A stretch of 64,000 bases of DNA from IMG/VR virus record IMGVR_UViG_3300025018_000093. One strand, given 5' to 3'. Positions within the stretch are counted from its first letter, which is position 1. Each line of letters starts with the position of its first letter. The notes under the pieces were generated by a model, which did no database searches, was not told the DNA's origin, and saw only the letters and a list, made by a program, of their open reading frames with translations. Positions 56,722 to 64,000 of the stretch are shown one piece after another. The stretch is from a virus (taxonomy: Duplodnaviria > Caudoviricetes). A program made the translations under genes and the position numbers.

Positions 56722-59700
56722 ATGACTTCAAAGCTCACATCCGGGTTCGTTATCAAGCCTCTCAAGGTCGCCTCCACAAATGCGGTGGATACGGCAACTC
56801 CGAACAACGGTGTCGTGAGAGACGTAAAGCCCATTCCCACGTCCTTCGACCTCGGAGTGGGAGGGTCGGTGTTGGATGTTGCGGGAGACCAGTACCGCGT
56901 AGCGTTTTTGGAGGGTCCGAATCAGGAACCCTCTGAGTATTTGGTGTGGGCTGCCAACAACTCCAATCTGGCACTCGTCGAGGATGACTCTTGGAGCACC
57001 ACAAACGGAGTGGGGAAGATTCCTTCGGGGACGGCCATCGTTCTGGATTCCAGTCCCCCGGACGGAGGGCAGAGGACGGATGGAAGCACGCGGCTTGTTG
57101 TCACCGACAACGGGGGGAGGTCCCTGGCGAAGATCCTGTCTGTAAAGGTCATTCGAGGGGATGACTCCCTTCGGGTCGAGCACACGCTGTCATACCCCAC
57201 GGACTTCTCTGTGCCCGACGCGGACTCGGGTTTACTCTATCTGGTGGACAATGCCACGACACAAGCAGCTCTGACACCGGCTACAGGAGAGCACCCGGCT
57301 TTCAGCGCACTCCGTCGGGATACCATCACAGAGGTGGAGTACGTCATTGCTCAGGCGAGGTTCTGGTGGACGCGCAATGATGTCTACCAGACGAGGTTCT
57401 CCTGGAATGGCCGCACGCAACGCTGGGAGCCTCTTCGCGGCGGCTCTCCGTCCAACTTGGGTGTTCTGCTACCCCTGGAGACGTACGCGCTACAACCAAG
57501 CCCTGAGGGCCTTACAGAGGGTGTGTACCTTCCGGGAAGCCTAGACTTTGATAGCTACAGTATGCTGCGTGTGGGTTCCTCTCCGAATGCGCAGAGCATA
57601 CCCATTGCGCCGAACCCCAGCGGCCCCTTTGAGGGTGTCTTGGTGGTCACGGACGAGTCTGCGTCCACTGTCTTTGACTTCTCCTCTTACACCCCTCCTC
57701 CAGCAGCTGTTGTGGGGGTGACCAGTGGGTTGCTCCAGTGGAATCAGAACTTCGTGGCTCAGAATGCGGGTCTGAGCATCTGGTATGTGCCGCAGACCTT
57801 TGACCCAGAATCTAAGGGACGCTTGGGTTTGCTTCTCGACGCAAAGAGCACCCCGCTGCACATTGCTCCCGTCCCAGGTCTCTCCGAGAACCCGCATTTG
57901 CGTTTAGGATCCCGGAAGTATTTGACAGTGATCCCCGTGGCCACAGAGGCGGAGCAAGATGCATTGCCATCTGTCCTGGAAGGAACCGTCTCGGTCACAG
58001 GGTCGACAGGACGGTTGCGGTTTAGCCTGGAGGACATTGCCAAGGCTGACCCTGATGACTCTGGATTCGACATTCGATATCTGAACGTGGAGGTCTTCTA
58101 CGACGGTGTTTCTTTGAACAGGAAAGCACAACCTGTTCGTAGCCCCACGGCTGCTATCGGAACAGGAGGGGAAGAGGAAGTCGTTGCGGATAGCAATCTC
58201 CTCTACCTGCGAAATGCGGAACCGCTTCCGGGTTTGGGGACCTCCGGCATTCTGCATGTTCCGGACGGCACGGGGTCTATCCCTATACCCGGAAATGCTC
58301 ACTTGCGCCCTGGAGGGGATAGCTCCTTGGAGGATGACTATTCCGGTTTGCTTCGTTGGGTCGAAGGGGTTGGGGATAGCATTCTGTTCACACGATCCGG
58401 TTCTCTGGTGGAGATTCGGGTGGTGGACACCTCTGCGGACTTTCCCTCTTTCCGTTTTCACATTCCTCAGGGTACGGGGTACATCGCGAGGAAGCTGGAA
58501 AAGTCTGGGAACTTTGACCGGGGCTCCCTTGTGGAGTTGGGCGTTACCGATAGGCAGAGGTTCTCTGGGGAGCTTCTGTACTTTCTCCAGGCAGAATTGC
58601 TTCCCGCACAGTACACGGAACAAGCTCGTGTGTTCTCTCGCGTACGGCACACGTTCACGTTGGATGGGACTGAAAGTTTGCATTTCGCCATCGACGGCGG
58701 GACTGTGGTGAAGACGGTAGCCCCTTCCGGTGCGGGGACGTACACAGCAGCTCAGATTGCAGCTCATCTCAATTCTGGTTTGTCTGCTGGCAGAGCCTAC
58801 GAGCTATCTGGGCATGTCGTCTTGGAAGCAGAGGACCCAACGTCTGGAACTATCGAGATTGGGTTTGGGTCTTCTACACGGGATCTTTCGGGGGCTGCGG
58901 CGCTTGGACTTCTTCCAGGGTGGAGAGTTGACACAACGGACCCGGCCACGTTTTGGCTTCCCGATTCCGGGGTCAGTGTTGGGTTGTTCCGAAGCCCCTC
59001 AAATCTGGACAGGGCAGAAGGGGTACCCGATGCGCAGGCTCGTGTGCGATTTGAGGAGAAGCTTCTGGTTCCTTCCACGCAAGCACAACCTTTTGTGTTC
59101 CTGACCAATCCACCGTTGCGGGATGTCGCGGGGTTCGACGAGGACGTGTTTTTCAAGGTGGTTTCAGGGGACGGGGCACGCCTCCTCCGAAACTTCTCTG
59201 AGGTGGAGTACAGGTTCACGGAGGACAATCCGAAGTATGCCTGGCTGGAAGGTCACACCGAGCAAGCGGCAATCACTCGTCCTGTCACGACGCTGAACTT
59301 CCAACGGACGAATATCTCTTCGCCCACACTCCTCGGAGTGGTGGGTGGGGGTTTGTACAGTTCTGAGGATGGCGGGCCTCTTCAGCGTCAAGCTTTAGGT
59401 ACGGACTACCTCTTGGACGCGGGTGGGTCTACCGGGGGAGCCACCCTAATCACTCAGGTGGGGCGCAAGATTTCTTCCGGGGCGCGAGGCTCTTTTACGG
59501 CCGGGGAGGCTACCTTCACCGACTTGACCGCTACGTTCCAGACAGATTCGATTGCTCCGGGGTATCGACTCAAGCTCTTGTCTGGGGATGCGACGGGGCA
59601 GTCCTTTATTGTCCAAGAGGTCCTCAGCGAGACTCGGCTGGTCGTCGCAGTCCCGTCTTTTCCCGTAGGGTCCGGGGGCATCCCCGTGGCCTGGGAGCTG

Positions 59701-62700
59701 TGTGAAGGTTTCTCTGCGAACGTGTATGACCCCAGTCTTTTGGCTGACGTGGTGTATGAGGAGTTCAACCATCTCCAAGAGGAGCCGTTCCGAGTGCGTT
59801 TGCTCTCCTCTGTTGGGGAGATCCCTTCCACAGACTCTGAGCAGATAGCCAATCGAAATGTGGCCTTCGTAGCGGATGCCATTGAGCGAGGCCGCAGTAT
59901 GGCTGTGCGCTTCGGGTTGGAGAATCGAGTCAGTGAGGTGTCCCTGACACTCCTCCAGTATCCCGAGTTGGGGCTCCTGGCGAAAGGATTGCTCATCCCA
60001 GATGCTCTGTCCGATGATCACTTCTTGAATCAGACGTTCCGAGTACGAGTGGGGAGTACGCAGTTCACGCAGGGTGTGGACCTCTTCCCCGTGACCTCTT
60101 TCACGGTGCCAGCTCCCGCCACAGGCACTGTGGAGTATCTCACCAGCACGGGGGAGCTGGCTTTCGCGACGGATATCCTCACGGACTACCAGAGCGCCAT
60201 CGTCCGGTACGAACAGGAGTTTCTCCCTGCGGCGCAGGTTCCTGTAGGAACAGCGGAGCTGAACTCTTTGACGGGGGAGTTGAACTTCGCGGCGTTTGAA
60301 CTGATGGCCTACCATCAGCGCACGGGGTACTTCGTCGAGCAAATGGTCACGGAGAGAAGAGTTGATGTTGCAATGAACCCCCTTGCGGGAAGTTTCGTCT
60401 TCTTCCAGCCTCTGCGTGAGGGACAGATTGTCGAGGCGCACTATTTCGTTGCGGACAACCAAGGTGGGAAAGCCCTGGACGAGGATGGCAATGCTATCGA
60501 GGTCCTGGAGTTTCTTCCCCTGTACATACGATCCGAGGAAGCCTCGCGGGTTACCCCTCAGGCATACACGTTCAACTCCAATGGAAAGACGGCGGATGAC
60601 CGCATTGCGCCTGCTGTCTATGTTGATGTCAACCGACAAAACTATGGTTCAAAGACCACAGCCGAAGTGGTCTTCGATCCCGAGCCTTACATCTACTTCC
60701 AGGGTTTTACGGTAGACGCGAGTTCCGTTGTCAAGATTAGCTACGCCGTCTTGGAAGCCTTCGGGGGAGAGACAGGGTATTCTACGTCGCAACGCCCAGT
60801 GTACCGCCCGCCATTCTTCCTGGGGAAGAGGCAAACAACCTTTACACTGGAAGGGGATCGCTCTGCGGAATTGACTCCCGGGAAGGTGCTACGCCTGGGT
60901 GCTAGGCCCTTGTACATCCAATCCTCTGTCTGGGACTCGGTTCAGGACAGCACAACAGTGACAATCTACCCGGAGCTGGAACAAGAGGTTGGGATACGAG
61001 CCCCTGGAAACGACGTTCTTTCTCTGTTGACTTCGGTCCCTGTGACAACTCTTGTCAATGGAGTTTCCACGTCAGCCGCTGCGGGGTTCCTGCTGACGGT
61101 GACAGCACCCTACGCACCTGTGCGCAAGGGAACTCGGGAGATCCGTTTTGAAGGGGACCTGACACAGTTTGCCGTGGCAGGGCATCTTATCGAGGTGGGG
61201 GGTGTTCCCTTCCTCGTGATCAACGCCAGCCAGTCTGAGGATGGCGCAACGACCTCGGTGGAAGTTTCGGTCGCCTTCCCACGGGAGTTTCATTTCGGTT
61301 CGGATGCGGTGAAGCTTTCCGTCCGCCCCGTTTACCCGGACGGTGCTTTGCAGTTCCTTGGGCGGAGCCCTCTACTTCGTTCGGAACCGTTCGAGTTAGT
61401 GCTGTTCGGTGAGCGGGACCGGAGTGGGGATCTCCTTCCAGGTAGAACGCTTGAGCTTGGGGTGGAGTATGACATCGATGCAGAGAGCGGGAACGTCACT
61501 CTGATTGAGGGTAACCAGGCGGGGATTAGAACGGGGCAGCGGTTCTTCCTCCGTTACACCAAACTCAAGAGTTTGCAGCCGAGACTAGGTTCTGGGTACG
61601 TCATTCTCCCGCGCTTTCGAGCGGACTTCCACCACGTCACTGTGCCTTCCGAGGACAACCAGTTCCTGGCCACTTCTGTTCTGGGGACCTTCACCTTCCA
61701 CAACCCGGATAGTTTCTTCTTCCGGGTGGACACGATGGACAACTTCATCTCGGAGGTGCAGCAGGACCGTGTGAACCTCCTTGCTTCCCAGAACCCTTCG
61801 GGAGGACCGATAATCACAGTTGCCAGTCCCGTGGAGAATCAGGACCGAGGGTTTTCGGGGTTTGGTTCACAACGCAGGTCTCTTCTGGACAGCGACCGTG
61901 CTGGCAGGACACTCTTGGACTTCTACAATTCCACGGTATCTTGCTTGGAGCAGGTACAGGAGACGTACAACGGTTTGCTTGTGGGTGACCGTGACGGGAA
62001 GTTTCAGCATTTCGTTGGCCGGGGTGCTCGTTTTGCACCCCCGGGGTTCGAGGATGAGATCACGGGATATCTGAATCCCAGGTACCTGTGGACCGAGGTC
62101 TTCCTCTCGGAGACGAGTACGCAAGCCGTACCCATCAGGGCACTTCCTAAGGACCCCCTGGTAGATCCTGCTACCGCCACTCTGGTGAGCGCTGAGTTGT
62201 TGGGGAACCTTCCTCTTCCGAATGTTCTGGAGCAGCTCCTGGCATCTCAGGAAGTGCTCTTGCGCAATGCGGTGGATGATCTTCTCTTGACCCAGAGGGG
62301 AGTTGTCACAGCGGTCCTCTCTGGTTTTCCTCCTGTGCGGATGTACCAAGCCAGTGGGGTGTTCAAGAGCATGGCTGAGCCGCAGCAGTTCAGCCGGTTG
62401 TTTCCTACGACGACGCTGGCTTTCACGACGACCGTGCCGGGGCTTGGTGCGGACCCTGCGAATGGTAACTTGGGGGTTTACGCCTTCCGGCGAACGTTGT
62501 TGAATGCCGGTGGGGATGCAGAAACGCAATCCACCTATCAGCAGTCCATGGCAACGCTCTCGAATCCTGTGCAGGGTGTGCTCACGAATATCGTGGATGT
62601 TGCAATATCAGACCGTCTCCCAAGAGCCCGTGTGGTTTCTTTCTCCAGTACGGGGTATCCCGAGGTGGACCTCTTCAGCTCTGGGTTGCCAGCAGCACTC

Positions 62701-64000
62701 CTATCTGTAGTTCCCTTGTCCGAGTTCCCTGTGGACACGAGCACGGGTCTTCCAGACACAGGTCGTCTTCTCTCCCAGGCGTTAACCTCGGGTGCGGTGT
62801 TCGACATTGCCACGGGCAACCCGGATCTTCACACGCCTCCTTTCGAGACAGGGCAACCCTTGGCTCTGGGAAGGTCTAACGGGGAAGTTGTGGTCTTGCG
62901 CTATGTGCGAGAGAAGGTGGACATCCAAGGAAACGCGGTCTTTGGTGGGGTGTACGTCAAGGACGTCCTGAGCGGGTGTATTGTCACTTTCCAGGGGAAG
63001 TCTGGGAACATACTGAACGCTGCGGACATCGTCACGGTGGATGCCAGTGGTCTTCCCCTCCCTGTAGAGATGGGTCCTGGGGATTCTCTCTTCGTTGTGA
63101 CGGATTCAGCCACAAACATTGCACCCTCAGATCCCCCGACGCAGGCGGACATTGAGCGACTTGCCGCGTCTTTGGCTTCCTACCGCATAGGGGTTGACCT
63201 GGGAGTTAACAAACAGACGGGGGAGGTGCTGGACATCACGCAATCCTCTTTTGCGGACCCGTCCAACCTGGCTTTGAAAGAGCTTCTCGGGCAACACCCA
63301 CCCGTTCCGGGGACGAGCATCGAGGCTCTGCTGACCTTTTCCAATGGGAGCGTGAAGCACACACAATTCCCGGCTCTGGACAGCCAGGCACGAAACGACT
63401 CCGGGGATGAGTCCCTGCCCTACAAGGTCTGTTTGGAGACGGAGCAAGTACTACTGCGAAAGGCAGCGCAGGCTTTGCGGGAACTCCGATACGACAGTCC
63501 GGTACCCAGTGCGGTATACCCGGATGAAATATTGGGTACAGACGGACAGGTGTACCTTTCCCACTCCCTTGGCTTTCCTCCGGCCACTCTAGTCACGGTA
63601 GAAGATGCGCTCCCAGTGACAACAGCCGGATCCTACACGGCACATTCCGGCATGGGGGATGTGCGGCAGTACGATCTTCTGCTGGTTCAAGTGGATGACA
63701 CCGCTTCGTCTATCAACCAGGGCTCGCAAGGCATCTTGTCTGTTGGGGATGTGTCTCGTGCGGGGGGTCATAGCTTTTTGGAGCCTCCGCGCTTTATCAC
63801 GCAGACGCGGAAAGGGGATCGAATCAGGTACAAGTTGAACAACGCAATGACCCATTTCACATCGTCTCTGGGAACCTCTGGGGTTACCGTGCAGGAGAGC
63901 GGTGGAAACACGTCGTTGTTGTTCTCGGATGTGGGGTTCTACCTAGACGACGGGGAGGGAACGAGTCAGGGTGGTCTCAACCACATCTTGGACAATGCCC
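56722..64000 (+). CDS. Very large baseplate/wedge-type structural protein, 3' truncated (at least 2426 aa)
   Basis: ATG 56722 (MTSKLTSGFVIKP...). The frame was open at every point I sampled up to the window end. It is absent from the ORF track, presumably because no stop lies in the window. Confidence 0.8.
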   Translation, partial: MTSKLTSGFVIKPLKVASTNAVDTATPNNGVVRDVKPIPTSFDLGVGGSVLDVAGDQYRVAFLEGPNQEPSEYLVWAANNSNLALVEDDSWSTTNGVGKIPSGTAIVLDSSPPDGGQRTDGSTRLVVTDNGGRSLAKILSVKVIRGDDSLRVEHTLSYPTDFSVPDADSGLLYLVDNATTQAALTPATGEHPAFSALRRDTITEVEYVIAQARFWWTRNDVYQTRFSWNGRTQRWEPLRGGSPSNLGVLLPLETYALQPSPEGLTEGVYLPGSLDFDSYSMLRVGSSPNAQSIPIAPNPSGPFEGVLVVTDESASTVFDFSSYTPPPAAVVGVTSGLLQWNQNFVAQNAGLSIWYVPQTFDPESKGRLGLLLDAKSTPLHIAPVPGLSENPHLRLGSRKYLTVIPVATEAEQDALPSVLEGTVSVTGSTGRLRFSLEDIAKADPDDSGFDIRYLNVEVFYDGVSLNRKAQPVRSPTAAIGTGGEEEVVADSNLLYLRNAEPLPGLGTSGILHVPDGTGSIPIPGNAHLRPGGDSSLEDDYSGLLRWVEGVGDSILFTRSGSLVEIRVVDTSADFPSFRFHIPQGTGYIARKLEKSGNFDRGSLVELGVTDRQRFSGELLYFLQAELLPAQYTEQARVFSRVRHTFTLDGTESLHFAIDGGTVVKTVAPSGAGTYTAAQIAAHLNSGLSAGRAYELSGHVVLEAEDPTSGTIEIGFGSSTRDLSGAAALGLLPGWRVDTTDPATFWLPDSGVSVGLFRSPSNLDRAEGVPDAQARVRFEEKLLVPSTQAQPFVFLTNPPLRDVAGFDEDVFFKVVSGDGARLLRNFSEVEYRFTEDNPKYAWLEGHTEQAAITRPVTTLNFQRTNISSPTLLGVVGGGLYSSEDGGPLQRQALGTDYLLDAGGSTGGATLITQVGRKISSGARGSFTAGEATFTDLTATFQTDSIAPGYRLKLLSGDATGQSFIVQEVLSETRLVVAVPSFPVGSGGIPVAWELCEGFSANVYDPSLLADVVYEEFNHLQEEPFRVRLLSSVGEIPSTDSEQIANRNVAFVADAIERGRSMAVRFGLENRVSEVSLTLLQYPELGLLAKGLLIPDALSDDHFLNQTFRVRVGSTQFTQGVDLFPVTSFTVPAPATGTVEYLTSTGELAFATDILTDYQSAIVRYEQEFLPAAQVPVGTAELNSLTGELNFAAFELMAYHQRTGYFVEQMVTERRVDVAMNPLAGSFVFFQPLREGQIVEAHYFVADNQGGKALDEDGNAIEVLEFLPLYIRSEEASRVTPQAYTFNSNGKTADDRIAPAVYVDVNRQNYGSKTTAEVVFDPEPYIYFQGFTVDASSVVKISYAVLEAFGGETGYSTSQRPVYRPPFFLGKRQTTFTLEGDRSAELTPGKVLRLGARPLYIQSSVWDSVQDSTTVTIYPELEQEVGIRAPGNDVLSLLTSVPVTTLVNGVSTSAAAGFLLTVTAPYAPVRKGTREIRFEGDLTQFAVAGHLIEVGGVPFLVINASQSEDGATTSVEVSVAFPREFHFGSDAVKLSVRPVYPDGALQFLGRSPLLRSEPFELVLFGERDRSGDLLPGRTLELGVEYDIDAESGNVTLIEGNQAGIRTGQRFFLRYTKLKSLQPRLGSGYVILPRFRADFHHVTVPSEDNQFLATSVLGTFTFHNPDSFFFRVDTMDNFISEVQQDRVNLLASQNPSGGPIITVASPVENQDRGFSGFGSQRRSLLDSDRAGRTLLDFYNSTVSCLEQVQETYNGLLVGDRDGKFQHFVGRGARFAPPGFEDEITGYLNPRYLWTEVFLSETSTQAVPIRALPKDPLVDPATATLVSAELLGNLPLPNVLEQLLASQEVLLRNAVDDLLLTQRGVVTAVLSGFPPVRMYQASGVFKSMAEPQQFSRLFPTTTLAFTTTVPGLGADPANGNLGVYAFRRTLLNAGGDAETQSTYQQSMATLSNPVQGVLTNIVDVAISDRLPRARVVSFSSTGYPEVDLFSSGLPAALLSVVPLSEFPVDTSTGLPDTGRLLSQALTSGAVFDIATGNPDLHTPPFETGQPLALGRSNGEVVVLRYVREKVDIQGNAVFGGVYVKDVLSGCIVTFQGKSGNILNAADIVTVDASGLPLPVEMGPGDSLFVVTDSATNIAPSDPPTQADIERLAASLASYRIGVDLGVNKQTGEVLDITQSSFADPSNLALKELLGQHPPVPGTSIEALLTFSNGSVKHTQFPALDSQARNDSGDESLPYKVCLETEQVLLRKAAQALRELRYDSPVPSAVYPDEILGTDGQVYLSHSLGFPPATLVTVEDALPVTTAGSYTAHSGMGDVRQYDLLLVQVDDTASSINQGSQGILSVGDVSRAGGHSFLEPPRFITQTRKGDRIRYKLNNAMTHFTSSLGTSGVTVQESGGNTSLLFSDVGFYLDDGEGTSQGGLNHILDNA

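Noticed and set aside
28187-64000. Bacterial eCIS/T6SS/tailocin locus rather than a phage
   Set aside because: A long tape measure gene, neck-like genes, inteins, homing endonucleases and the absence of bacterial housekeeping genes fit a jumbo phage better. Capsid and terminase genes are not in this window, so this is not formally proven.

Overview
This window is the virion-morphogenesis region of a large (jumbo-type) contractile-tailed dsDNA phage, coded almost entirely on the + strand. Gene order: fibre and head-associated proteins; neck/head-completion genes; an actin-fold ATPase; a 1758-aa tail sheath; a 5.9-kb accessory island; tail tube; chaperones; tape measure; two tube-initiator-like proteins; baseplate hub; spike; and a >2400-aa baseplate protein running off the right edge. 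Most structural calls rest on gene order and motifs recognised by eye, not database searches. Highlights: (1) a structural gene fractured by an atypically split intein (31-aa IntN, 132-aa IntC), with a free-standing TnsA-like PD-(D/E)xK endonuclease gene between the halves; (2) an 836-bp composite insertion in a small gene, made of two near-exact copies of nearby phage genes flanking about 500 bp of foreign, roughly 70% GC DNA, with three junctions in frame (real capture event or assembly chimera); (3) a ~20-aa motif (IRLAYQxPELRxHLLPLL) in five copies across four otherwise unrelated proteins; (4) an actin-like ATPase with a LAGLIDADG intein; (5) a sigma70 promoter whose predicted start site would remove the anti-SD arm of an RBS-sequestering hairpin. 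I found no tRNA, rRNA or CRISPR array.
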